From the NCBI RefSeq assembly GCF_964213995.1, contig NC_135830.1, forward strand, positions 744,001 to 808,000: DNA of 64,000 nucleotides, given 5' to 3'. This DNA comes from Mustelus asterias. Taxonomy: Eukaryota. The notes beneath the pieces were generated by a model. That model was not told where the DNA came from. It searched no databases and worked only from the letters and a program-made list of their open reading frames with translations. The translations under genes and the position numbers were made by a program. Within the stretch, counting starts at the first letter, position 1. The number at the start of each line of letters is the position of its first letter. Of the stretch, positions 38,200 through 51,064 are shown piece by piece.

Positions 38200-38485
38200 T
38201 TCACGAGGGGGTCATAGGTTCAAGGTGACGGGGGGGAGGTTTAACACGGATATCAGAAGGACGTATTTTACACAGAGGCTGGTGGGGGCCTGGAATGCGC
38301 TGCCGGGCAAGGTGGTGGAGGTGGACACACTGGGAACGTTTAAGACTTATCTAGATAGCCACATGAACGGAGTGGGATTGGAGGGATACAAAAGAATGGT
38401 CTAGTTTGGACCAGGGAGCGGCGCAGGCTTGGAGGGACGAAGGGCCTGTTCCTGTGCTGTATTGTTCTTTGTTCTTTGTTTTGTT
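38200..38485 (+). mobile_element. CR1 3'-terminal fragment
   Basis: TRGHRFK...FTQR...WNALP coding end followed by a (TTCTTTG)n tail. Confidence 0.85.
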
Positions 38486-38489
38486 TTGT

Positions 38490-40760
38490 CTTTCCAAGAA
38501 TTAAGAACCACGCTGAGGCAAAATTCGGTGCTGAGGAAGTCAATGCCAGCACATAAACTTGCTTGGAACTTTTCCAGGTTTTCTCGTGTATCTTTGACCC
38601 AAAGTTGAACGCCACCACGATCAGTCTTGATGGTGCTGCAACGAAATTTCCTGCAACCAGCGTTTTCCCTATTTGAAGCAAATTTGCATCTCGTCCAGGG
38701 TTGACGTAAGTACTGACTATGTGCAAGTTACAAAATGCTCATGTGATTCAATGTTGTACTTTGAAGCATGCTGAGAAGGTATCAGTTATTTCATGTTATC
38801 GCAGTTAATAAAGATGTAGGAAAGAAGAGTGTAAAACCAAGTGGAAAATCTGAAGGGATTGAACATCAAATCCAGTTGGAGGCGAATAGACAGAGATGAA
38901 AAATCATCAATGATGTACTCGTAATTTCTTAATGTATTGCTGTTCACCAACTTGCTTCTAACCCTTCAGCTGATTTTAAATATCATGGTGAAGTTCCCCT
39001 GTGCGCAATGCCTGCACTGGTTAAATGCACCAGTTTCAAATTAAAGGGATGAAGTAGCAACGCAACATCACAGAAATTGAATCCAAAAGAATGTCTTTAG
39101 TTATTACCCAGCAACACAATCTTGATGCATGGAATTTAGAAAATAGAACAAAAACGGATGAGCCAATAGAATGGATGATGTGTATCACCGGAGCACTATT
39201 TATGAACTCTTGTTTTTGATGTGCATGTATTAAGATGCTACTTTATATCTTACAGCATTATGGGCTCCCCGGCGACCAATTACTGCTACTTCAGTGATAT
39301 AGCAATACAGGGAGATGAAAAGGTCACTCAGATCCCACAGCCTTTTCTTCATTCAATGAGGGTGTATCAAGCAAGCTTCCAACTTTGAATTTATCTTGTC
39401 AAGTCGGAGACAGAAAGAGACAGACAGAGGCAATGAGACAGCACAGACAGGGAGACAGAAAGAGACACAGAGACTGGGACATAGATAAAAACAGACAGCG
39501 ACAGGGAGGGACAGGGAGACACAGAGAGAAAGACTGGGAGAGGGAGAGAGAGAGAGAGAGAAAGAGGAGAGAGAGGGAGAGGTTGGAAAAATGGCTGAGA
39601 TATATTTGGCCACTCTGTAACCAGTTTTGAATTGGCATTAATAATCAAGTATTAAATAGACACAAGAGCATTTCGGCAGTCTTTCAACAAACCAAGAACC
39701 ATGCCACGCCGAATCCAAGGCAAAAGGAAAACTCCCAAAAAAGTAACTTGCTTGGAGCTTCTTTCGTTTTGCTCGTGTAAATTCAACCAAAAGTCTAATG
39801 CCACTCCAATTAATCCAAATGATGTTTCAATGCAATTTACAGCAAACAGTGCTCATACTTTTTGAGAACTAAAGAACAAAGAACGAAGTGTTTGTGTGCT
39901 ATGTTGACACAAACGCTGCGTAGTTGAAAAATGACTGGATTCATGTGCAATGTAAAGTTGAATTTTGAAGTTCGTTAAAAGAAACAGCCATTTGTTCACA
40001 TCCTATGAAGTTAATAAAGTTCCTGAAAACAAAAAGCGTTTAAATTTGAACATTTGAAGGTCATGAATTCGAAGTCCAGTTGTAAAGGAATAAACGGCGC
40101 AAAAGTTGTCTGATGTTACCTTCGGAATCTCTTAAAGTGTTGCTGTTGAACAACTTGCATCAAACCTTTCACATGATCCTAAATACCATCGAGCAATTTC
40201 CCAATGCACAACAACATCTGCGCTCGCTAAAAGCCATGATGTGGAGATGCCGGCGATGGACTGAGGTAAACACAGTAAGGAGTTTAACAACACCAGCTTA
40301 AAGTCCAACAGGTTTATTTGGTAGCAAAGGCCACACAAGCTTTCGGAGCCCTACGCCCCTTCTTCAGGCGACTCACCTGAAGAAGGGGCTTGGGGCTCCG
40401 AAAGCTTGTGTGGCTTTTGCTACCAAATAAACCTGTTGGACTTTAACCTGGTGTTAAACTCCTTACTAGCTAAAAGCACCAGTTTAAAATGGAAGGATTC
40501 ACGCAAAACATAACATCACAGAAACTGAATTCAGGAGAATGTATTTTGCTGTCATCCTAAAACACAATCATGATAGGTGGCATTGCGGTGAAGAACGAAA
40601 CTAAATCAAATAAATTAAAGGACCAAGAGAAGGGGTGATGTGTTGTTTGTGCCCTCTTGTTCTTGATGTGTTTAAACCAAGATGTTTATTTATATATTAC
40701 AGCATTTGGGGCCACCTAGCGACCAAGTCTGCTAGGTCACTGATAAAGGAATACAGGGTT
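38490..40760. repeat. ancient tandem duplication, two ~0.8 kb units (38490-39312 and 39680-40758) separated by a GA-rich microsatellite (39405-39580)
   Basis: Co-linear shared anchors: aagaacca, aacttgcttgga, ctcgtgta, agttaataaag, tccagttg, gcaccagttt, aacatcacagaaa, ttacagcatt, aatacaggg. Confidence 0.8.
40235..40468. mobile_element. palindromic Penelope-type terminal-repeat insertion with hammerhead ribozyme motifs
   Basis: Inverted arms 40274-40368 and 40376-40467. 9-bp TSD GCTAAAAGC at 40226 and 40469. Motif CTGAAGA-stem-GAAAGCTT. Confidence 0.8.
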
Positions 40761-40939
40761 ATGCTATTCAATCCAAATCATGTCTGCTTTATATTTCGTC
40801 TGTATTTACACACCTGAGATTTTAATGCCTTGGTAAACTAAGCAAATTATTATCTAGCCATCACAGTGAGATTTTATTTTCAAGTTGTGAGCAAAGACAG
40901 ATAGTTTTAATTAAATTAAAGTATTTTTAAAAGTTTATT

Positions 40940-41235
40940 TAGTTTTATAAGTAGGCTTACATCAACACTGCAATGACGTTTACTGTGAAAATCTTCTAGT
41001 CGTCTTATTCCAGGTTCGGGTACACTGAGGGAGAATTTCGCATGGCCAATCCACCTCGTCTGCACCTTTTTGGACTGTGAGAGGAAACCGGAGCACCCGG
41101 ATGGAACGAACGCAGACAGGGGGAGGGGGAGGGGGGAATGTGCAGTCTCCACACAGACCGTGAGACAAGCCGGGATACGAACCCAGGTCCCTGGCGGTGT
41201 GAGGCAGCAGCGCTAATCACTGTGGCACCGTGTCG
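40940..41235 (-). mobile_element. tRNA-derived SINE variant (HE1-like head, different 3' tail)
   Basis: Reverse head ctaatcactgtggcaccgtg. Tail gtaggcttacatcaacactgcaatgacgtttactgtgaaa is also seen at ~26160, ~36070 and ~61530. Confidence 0.8.
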
Positions 41236-42611
41236 ACCCTATTAGGTTAGGATATGTGTTTTCTTTGCATTAGTTGTGTCTTTCAGTTTAAGCGTAATTG
41301 ATATTACTGCAGTTAATTCTTCAGGAAACTAAAGTTTAGGTTCGTTTTTTTTACAAAATGCCTGCATTGTTAGTGAGCTTCTACAAATTTGGATTAAAAA
41401 AAGAGTTTAAAGCTAGCTTATGTATAATAACATTGATTCTCAAAGGAAACAGAAAGTAGTTTTAACTTAGTTGAAAGAAAGTGGCCTATAATCAAGCAGC
41501 TATTCACATAGTCTGCTGGAAAAGATATGAAGAGAGACTGCAGAGAACAGTCCCAAACTGATTCACAGAAAGGTCCCAAAACCAGGCGGGCAATATAAAG
41601 TTCCAAGAAGACCTTTCAATGGATCAACATCAACAGGAATCGGAAACAGGTCATGTTCCATGTGGTTAAGTGTGAGGAGCAGCAGAATACTCCAAAAAAT
41701 TCTAAGCTGTAGGAAGCAGGAGTGCAAGAACTTTGCTTTTGCGAGATCACAGAATGCCAAGTGCACGGAAAGGTGGGAGAAATATTATTTTTGTCTTCCG
41801 GAGTATTGGATTTCCTTTGGTCCGTCTGGGTACCTGACAGATTGTGGAACGTAAATGAACGTGGCCATCCGCAGGGAAGGAACATCAGTCGGAAATGATA
41901 CAACCCTGAGGGAATAATCTTAGTGACCACATCCGAGGGAAAATTTCGTTTGGGAGAAGATTCCGAGGTTTTCGAGAGTGGAGACCGGAAACTCGCGTGT
42001 GAAGGACGTAGCTTCAGCAAGGTCAGCTAGTTTTAGAGTATGACAGGCGTCTTGGGGAATTGATGAACAAACCACAGAGGTAGAATTGAGTGGCATCTAC
42101 CACGTGGTTTCACAGGATGAATGTCTCTGACTATTGATTTACACGGGCTGTTAAATTATAACGAAAATTCATGTAGAAGAATGATTCTGTAAATTGTGCT
42201 TGCCTTACAGATCTGTATATAACTGAAAGTATCATTGGGATGAAGAGGTGGTATATTCTGGTGCATCTTTCCTAGTTTAACAAAGGTTTTATTATTTTGC
42301 TAAAATCAATCTCCATGACTGTTGAGTCGCCTTCTGCCATGTATCCAAACAAGCAATAAAATTCAGGAGCTATCAAGCCGAATTCCACCCTGGAATCTGT
42401 CTTGTGCAGTCGGAGAAAGATGAAGGAAGAGCAAGTGGGGGAGAGAGAGAGTGCGACTGTGTGATCTAGTCGTCCATGAACATAGTTGTGAAGTAGTTCT
42501 TTCCACGTGCACGCCTGAATAGTACAAATGTATGATTGTGCTACCTTGTCGTGAATTTATCCAGGCCGAGAAAATAGTCTCAACATATCCACTGTATTTG
42601 ATTTTTTAACT

Positions 42612-42935
42612 AGTTCGCACTGCTGTCGTACATTTCCCAGGACCCGGATTCAATTCCGACCTCGGGTGACTGGGTGGAGTTTGCACGTTCTCCCCGTATC
42701 GTCATGGGTTTCATCTGGGTGCTCCGCTTTCCTCTCACACTCCAAAGATGGATGTGCTCGCTGGATTGGCATTTAAGTCATCCCTTATTTCCCCAAGGAG
42801 GGGAAGAATAGATGTATTAGCCATGGAAAATCTGTGGGGTTACATGGATAGTGTGGGGTGTTGGGCCTGGGAAATTTATTCTGTCACAGATTTGGTGCAT
42901 ACTCGATGGCTCTAGTGGCCGCCTTCTGCATTGAA
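42612..42935 (+). mobile_element. degenerate HE1-type SINE
   Basis: ggagtttgcacgttctcccc, gggtgctccgc, ctcgatgg...cttctgca. Confidence 0.7.
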
Positions 42936-44139
42936 GCGAGAATATAATGATTTGAATTTTACAATTTGAACCCTCGAAATATAGTGAAACAAAGTATAGG
43001 TTTCTCATTATTCAACTCTTTAAGCTCTGTTGATTTTGTTTCGTTAAGTCTTAATGGCAAATCTGCAAGCAGAGACGTAGGCTGATCAGAAATGAATGCA
43101 CTCCAATTCCGGCTGTGCAACACTCTGAACAGTGAAACCTCAATATAGCAGCCGCCTTCAGTGGAAGGGAAACGTTTAATTTAGCTTTCTAACCACTTTT
43201 GTTTGTATAACCTACCCCATGACCACCAGTTCCCCATAATTCATTGACTTGTGTTCAAGACTATCTACATTTTATGGCTCCTGTCTGCTGGCTTTCAGAA
43301 CCTGTCCGAATATACTTTTCTCCATTCGATAATGAATGTGATCAGCATTTCCCATCTTGGTCTGTAATTGTCACAATCTGCCCAATTTCCTAATCCTTCT
43401 CTACCACTTTTCAATCTCCAGTACCAACCACAGTAATTTGCTGAGCGTCCTCCCTCGCACAGGACCTTGTCCATTAAGTCAGGGCGCTGCAATATATTTT
43501 CTATTTACTCGGCTGGCCACAGGGTGGCGCGCCAGAGATTTGCAGCAAGCACGCGGTGTCCCTTTGCCTCGGCCACGTGTGCACCTTTCTGTCTCAAATA
43601 AAACAAGACATCTCACCTCTGGTTTGTCCACCTCTTTCTGTATTTGGTGGATTTCGTTCATCACATCAAATCTTTCTCTTCCACCGACATTCAACTTCAT
43701 TGCTTTTGTTTGCATCTTTTTCTTTTCATCCTTGAAAGTGAATGTGTAAGCGATTACTCAACATGTACTTTAAATTCCCGGAAGGTAAAACTTGTCATCA
43801 CATATTGTTACTATCAGTTCCAGCTCACGTCCCTCACTATAATCTCACAGTCCTTTGAGTTAAATGCCTGAAGTTGATGACAGACAATGACACTGGATGA
43901 TTCTCCTATTCCCCTGCGGGAACGGTCCATCAAGGCAAATTTATGAGCGTTACTTCACGACCAGGAAACAATGGCCCTAAACCAAGATAATTGAAAGAGT
44001 AATAAAACATAGAAAAAAAATCAGCTTCGAAACTATTCGCCTGACTTTCAATCTCAGCACTTTCCTTTCCCCACATCCACAAGAAAAAGCTGCCGCTGCG
44101 AAGTCACAGCAAGGACCCAGACGCAGTGTGTGAGTGTTG

Positions 44140-44194
44140 ATGCTGCTTGTGCGGGTATCCGTTTCCTGAGTGTTATTCTTTTGTGTACAGACAG
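44140..44194 (+). pseudogene. candidate signal-peptide exon with in-frame stop (MLLVRVSVS*VLFFCVQT-G)
   Basis: ATG at 44140, hydrophobic 18-codon leader, phase-1 donor ACAG|GTAACC, TGA at 44167. Confidence 0.35.
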
Positions 44195-45499
44195 GTAACC
44201 ATGGAGACATCGATGCCGTCACAGGTCATTCTGGCGCTGTTCTCTGTCCTGAGAAAATAAATCACAAACCAAAGAAAATAAAAGTCAATTTATGATCAAT
44301 ATTGTTGATTATCTAATACCATCATTAGCATATTAGAGAGTGTAACACAATTCAAATGTTTTAAGATTTCTTTCGCCCTGAGTGTGAATATGTGACCCGT
44401 TATTTCCTCATTCTCTTGGGAATGTATTGCCGGCAGTGAGTTCCGACGAATATCACTGAGCATCAGTATCATTTTTTTCCACATCATGGTTGCAAGAACC
44501 AGCTCCAATCTTTCATTGAACGTGTCAGAAAACGTATTTTACATCCTTGGTGTGAGTCTTTCCATTACTTGAAATCATTTGTTGAGTTTATTTAAAAAAA
44601 AATAACATTTGATCTTTTTCTGGCCTCTTTCTGTACTGTAGGATTTCTATGATTTCTAAATATGAGGTTTGCTCAATATTTCGCTGATCTTCCGTGGTCA
44701 TTAAGGCCCAACGTTTGTGGTATTCCAGCCTTCCTCCTTTGCAAGGCATATGGTTTCTGTGCATGAAGAATAAATCTCAAGTTGGCGATCAACACCTTGA
44801 TCCAAATTGCATGAAATGAAGAATTTATTTTGCAATCACATTAGCTGTTCTGTTTACATGAAGTACATGAAGCTCCAGACCAGGAGATTGGGTTTAGTTA
44901 TTATTTGGAACAAGAGTTGGAACAGGAGGAAATTTATGTGGTAGTTTTCTGATTGAATCAGGGTCACAAGAAGAGAGTTGGACTGCAACATTAGTGTGGC
45001 AATACTGCTGGAGTATGGGATAAATTTGTGATGTTTGAACTACTTTGCTATTGATTCTGAGCTATGGGATTGGGGGTAGAATATGCCGTGTTAAGGATTA
45101 ATAAAGGGGTGATGTTTCAACTACTTTTTATTGAGACTTAGCTCTGGAATTGGTGGTGGTAGGTGGGGAGAGGGGTAAAATATGTCGAGCTATGGATTGA
45201 TACAGTATTGTGATTTGTAAAATACAGATAGAGGAATGTTTGGAAAGCGTATGATTGGGTTCCTTAAATTTCGACGTATGTACAGCCACAGAGGAAATGG
45301 AAGACACCATTAAGGCAATCAAGTTGTTGAAATGTTAACTCAGATGATCGTCGATCATTACCTTTACTCCAGATATCATCTAATTGAACTAATGTTAATC
45401 ATTTCTTTTCTGAGGTTGATCTCTTCGACCACCCACGGCCATCATTAGCCTGACAGAAATAGTGGTGAACATAGCTACTACAAAATATGTGATACCTGA

Positions 45500-46770
45500 A
45501 AATTAGAAAATAATTCTGGGTTTGGAAGAGTCTGTATGGATTAATGAAAGGAAAATCATGCTCCAAAAAAACTATTGGAATGCTCTGATGATGTAGCGAG
45601 TGGACTAAATGTGGGTGAGCCAGTGGATGTAATACTTCTATTTTTCGCAAGGTTTTTCCTATGGTCCCAGATAAGACGTGGTAAAACACAATTATAGTGG
45701 GGTTGTTGGTAATATTCTGGCATGGAATTGGTTTTGCTTGGCAGAGGTAAAGCAGAAGATAGGAGTAAACAACTCATTGCCAAGATGGCAGCCTGTGACG
45801 AATGGAGTACGGCACGGATTAAGATTCAAGCCTCAGCGTTTCACACTCTATATCAATGGTCTGGATGTGAGGACAGAATTGAATATTTTGAGCTTGTTGG
45901 CAGAAAACTAGGTGTGCTGAAGTTTTCCAAGCTACAAAGAGTTGTCCAGGGGGTTAGGCATGCAAAATGAGAGGGAAACAACAGAGCAGATTGAATAATG
46001 TGTGAAAAATATGATAAGTTCACCTACTTTTTATAGAAATATAAACAAATGCGTACTCCAGATTTAAATGCCGAGATGTTTACTTCCAAAGGGACTAGGT
46101 TATCTTTTACCATATATTAATGAAAAATAACATTCAGATGTATCATGCAAGGAGCAAGACAAATGATATGTTGGCCCTGATTGAACCGGTTTTGTGTACA
46201 TGTTTGAAGATACTTTCTGCAGCTGTATCCAACATTAGTGATGAAGTATTGCATACAGTTTTGCCACATTAGGTGAAGAAATACATGTTACGACAGACGG
46301 AGTGCAATAAAGATTTAGCGAACCATTTCCTCTTTAGGCTGAATTTACCTATGAGGAGAGGATGAGGGCAATATTGATATAAGTATCCTCTGGAGCTCAG
46401 AAGAATGAGAGGCAATCTCAATGAAACATTAAAAAGGTGGATCCAAGTAGCATGCTTCCCGTAGCGCAGTGTTTAGACCTCGAGGAAACAGTTGCAGAAT
46501 CGGGGTACGCCATTTAGGACTTTGAGAAGGAAGACTTTATTCACTCAGAGGGTGGCAAATGTTTGGAATTCCCTGTTGCAAAAGGCTTTTGGTGCTGAGG
46601 CATTGACTATCTTTAAGAAAGAGATCAAAATATTTCTGGATGGGAACAATACTTGCATGGTTGGATAACGTGGATGAATGACTTTGTGGCAGATGATCAG
46701 GCATGACCTAATTAAAATGCAGAGATGTATTGAGGGGAACGAATTACCTACTCCTGCTCCGAAATTCCTC
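45500..46770 (+). mobile_element. old degenerate CR1 RT fragment
   Basis: GKSC, VP..R, WQPVTNGV and FTQRV...WNSL remnants, plus cctactcctgctcc 3' end. Confidence 0.7.
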
Positions 46771-49700
46771 TGTTCTGACACGAGTAGCGCTTTCTCCCAT
46801 CTCCACTGAATAGCCTCTCTCGAAGTTTCAGCCCTGTGCCTGATACGTCCTCTTCAGTGAACATCCCTGTCCTCTGCAATTTCCCCTCTAATTTGGAATA
46901 CAAAACAATCAAATCATTCTGTGACTATTTTTTCTATTGCTGAGAAGAAAAGCTCATTTCTCCTTATAATCTAAATGTCAATGCGTTGGTAAACATTATG
47001 CTGAATCTGCGAGTTAACGATTTTAAATTCACCATTTTGTCCCGAAGATTGATACGCAGAACTACACAGAGTACTCCAGATTTATTTTAAACATGTCTTA
47101 GCATAGTTTTAGGAAACCAAAGTCCCATCTATTTAATGCATCTTTAGTTACAATGAATAACATTCAATTTGCTGTTCTGACATCCACATAATTTTCTTCG
47201 GAACTGCAACAATCCAAATTTTCATCTCTTGATCATCATGAACAATTCAGGTTATCATCAAAAGTTGAAGAAATCTTATTCGAATCTGGTTGCAAAAAAA
47301 AAATTGCACACTCCCTTGACATATAACATTTGCTTTTTAATGGCACTTCATTTTCTAAACGAGCACACGGTGTGTTATGGGAAACTCATCATCCACAGTC
47401 ATTTTTTCCAAATTCACAAACCAGTCGGAAGCCGGTAGACACTTATGTCCAATGAGAGAACCTAATCTGTTTCTTGCATTGTCGAACCAATCTCTTCACG
47501 AAATCAATAAATGTTCAATTCTTATAAGCCTGTTTTGTTGATATGAAATGGTCACTTCCAATGAATCTTCGCAACTTTCTTCTGGAATTCGATGATAACT
47601 ACACCAATTCTCAGTCCCTTATTTGGTAATTTATTGAAATTAAAATGTTAGAAATTGTTTATTCAAACATTTGCTATTCGGTGCAAACATCTTTTGGCTC
47701 TTTGTAACAATTTCATATTTTCACAAAGGGGAAAATACACTCCACTTCTTCACGAATTCCAGTATTCGATGTATGTTGGACTACAGGGACATATAATGTG
47801 GTTTATCTCTCTCTCTCTCTCCCTCTCTCTTGAAAAACGTTCATTAATTATGTGACGGTGAAGGTTTTCAACATTTCGTTTTGCAAAATTCTGCAGTATG
47901 TCTTTGATCCTGTCAACCTGTTTATATTTCTCACCATTTCAGGGGCCAGCAAAGAACTTTAATATTCTAGGATTTGACGATTATGTGTTTGGTAGGCTCT
48001 CACAGTGTTGCAAATTCAGATATTTCTCATCAGAAATCCAAAAAATCTTCTTGCACTTGATGTTTTTTTTCTGAATGTTGACTACCCATTGAAATATGTT
48101 TTTGAGATGGACACATAGGTATTGGTGTAATGAAATTTTGTAATTGGAATCCGCAAGTTAAAACTTCCTGTTGCAGTGTTTTTATTGAAAAAATATGTGG
48201 CATAGCACGTATGTTGTTATTGACTGCGATCTCCGATCAGACATGCCAAATTCGCAACTATCACTGACTTTCCCTGAATTTTCGATAAAAAGTTGAGATA
48301 TTTGGTATTTTTCAATCTAAACCGGCAATTCCTAATTGAGGGAGATTTGGATAATTATAGAGACAGTTTCTATAATTTCCTGACTGATTAAAAAAATGGG
48401 ATTGGACAATCAGAATCTGGTAATTGATCCGTGTTAATTTTCATTTAAAATAAAAATTCTTTTCCTCACCCTGACTTTAATCGGTTAAATTATTTTATGT
48501 AATAGTAATGTCCCTAGATATCAAGAATGATATCACCTGATACGTGAAGTTGTGCTTATTTGCAGTTGCAACAAATTCTCCCACTGTATTTTAGGAGGTT
48601 AACATTTCCTAACAGAAGAAAAATATGATGTAGAACTCCTTTTGGGAAATGTTTGAGATGCTTGCTTTTGAAATATTACATTGAAACAAAAAGAAAGAAT
48701 AACGTCAATCAGACTGAACAGGTAAAATATCTGAGTAGGCCTCAGCTGGAGTATTGTGTAATATTTTGTGCACAACACTTATGAGGACTGACACGTATCT
48801 GAAACGGGGGCTCGGAGTATGGCTCGGATTTTGGCAAAGAATGTTGATTCGAAAGATGCCATGGATGAGGGTGTAATCCTCCCTGCAGATATTTTGGAGA
48901 TTGAAGTTGATGTTGGACTTGCTCTCCTTGAAAAAATAGAATCAGACACTTAATAGAGGTATATACAGAGCGCTTTCAGAGAGGGTTTTCATATGGGATG
49001 TCCAGATAAATTGCATGTTCTTTCCAAAGCATAATCACAAAATTAAAGTAATTTTCGAAATCAATTTAAAGGCAATGAGGAACAATTCCTCAAATTGAAA
49101 TTTGGTACGATCTGGAAGACATGAACTTAAAGAGTAGTAGAAGAAAATTTCACAAGAATAAACCTGACAAAATCGTGCTCAGGAAGAGGACTAAAAGATA
49201 GAGCTGCTGAAGCAAATATATGATGTTCTCTAAACATGCGCAGCTCTGGAAAACCACCAGCACCGACGAATCTGTCTGAAAGATGTATTGCTGCGCCGTA
49301 ATTTCTATCGTTCAGTCATTCAATCACACCGTCATGCTTTTGTCTGCTTGCCTTGTGACATTATGATAAGACATTCCTGGGTTCAATTTAGTACCAATTT
49401 ACAGATTGTGTTCTTATTTTTCTTTGCAGTTCTCATCAACAGTTTTGCTCTTTTTTGCCTTATTTTCTCTGCTCCAGTCTCCAAGGTGTATGTCATTACT
49501 TCGATATTAAAGCCTCTTTATATGACCGATTCAGATCTCTTAATAGAGTATGATTTGAGAGCTGAGATCGGGAGTGATGCTTGGATACCGGGGGAACATC
49601 GACAGTGTGATTACTGTTGATTCATTCAGCTCTATGAGGAAACGCCAGAACAGCAAAACATAGTCCGGTTGTTAGGAGGCCTGGCGGAAAGCTGGGGTTC

Positions 49701-50708
49701 AGTCAGATTAGTTTGTGCTTTATAAGGACCGTTGTAAAAGTTGGGCAATTAGTAAACAATTGCTGTTGTATCGAAGCAGGGTTCTGAGAAAACTATCGGC
49801 CAATGGTTGATATTTTCGGTTGACATAGGGCTGTGGAGAGACTTGGGCAGCAGGATCACTTCAGAATTATGATAAGAAAGTCGGGGAATGATTTAGCATT
49901 AGGTTTGGGTTGGTGTAGGATTATGCAGAGACGGAAAGTGGATCTACTTTCTGATTATTCTGAACTTCGGAGTGAACCGCGCAACAGGATCCCTGAAGAA
50001 TTTAAGACAATGTTGTAAAGAGGTGGGAAACAGTCGGAAGAGATTTTGCTTTTCAGTCGGTCATGGCGAATGGAAGTATTGTTGATCTTGTTATGGGACT
50101 GAGATCAAGCCAGTGAAATGCTTTCAGGTTCGCCTGTTAAGAGGGTGACTGCGATGCTGTGTGCCTCTTTGTTTATTCAGGTTGGTGGATCGGTCTTGGC
50201 AGTGGAATTATCTGTGATTTCATCGAGGTCAAGAAGAGAAGAAAAATCTCTGGGATTTGTGTCGGATTGACTCTGGACAATGAGGGAAAATGTGAATTGT
50301 AACGCATGCTTGATTGACACGGAATGGGGGAATTTGTAATGTACAAATAGCTTTTCGATCCGAATGATCTATGTAGAGACAGCCCAGTTGTGGGATTGCC
50401 TGTTGCCAGGTACAAGGCTATCAAAAGCCAAAGTTTGCAGGACTGAACTTGACACGCAACTGTTTGGAAAGTGAGCAGGAACATTGTGAATTGTCTGTGA
50501 TAGCTATCAGACTATGAAGAGAGAGTAAATCGTGTGTTAATTTTATTGTTCTTCCCAAATTAGCAAAAGAGAGCTATTGGGCCTGATTTTACCATTTTGA
50601 GTCAAAGTGCCGATTCCGGGCGTCAAATAGATCCGCGCCTGGAATCCTCTTTCCAGCGCGCACATACGCGTTTTGCCGGCTCCGGTCCGATTCCCGGCTC
50701 GGGTCACT

Positions 50709-51064
50709 GGGGCGGCACGGTAGCACAGTGGTTAGCACTGCTGCTTCACAGCTCCAGGATCCCGGGTTCGATTCCCGGCTCGGGTCACTGTCTGTGTGGA
50801 GTTTGCACATTCTCCTCGTGTCTGCGTGGGTTTCCTCCGGGTGCTCCGGTTTCCTCCCACAGTCCAAAGATGTGCGGGTTAGGTTGATTGGCCAGGTTAA
50901 AAATTGCCCCTTAGAGTCCTGGGATGCGTAGGTTAGAGGGATTAGCGGGTAAATTAGCGGGTAAAAAAAAAGGGGATTAGCGGGTAGGGCCTGGGTGGGA
51001 TTGTGTTCGGTGCAGACTCGATGGGCCGAATGGCCTCCTTCTGCACTGTAGGGTTTCTATGATT
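50709..51064 (+). mobile_element. young HE1-type SINE inserted within the DNA transposon
   Basis: Near-identical to the 21266 copy. ATTAGCGGGTA is triplicated internally. Confidence 0.92.

Noticed and set aside
39353-39648. Ser/Leu- or Arg/Glu-rich ORFs
   Set aside because: Translations of a GA/GACA microsatellite.
41240-42420. Possible solo LTR
   Set aside because: No clear TG...CA ends, TSD or second copy could be identified by eye.
43479-43715. CC-chemokine-like exon (RACCKSL...) on the minus strand
   Set aside because: The frame stops before any third Cys, and there is no matching leader or exon 3.
49478-49620. Degenerate Ig V-like exon (VSKVYVITS...DAWIP)
   Set aside because: Lacks the B-strand Cys and the DxGxYxC motif, and stops early.
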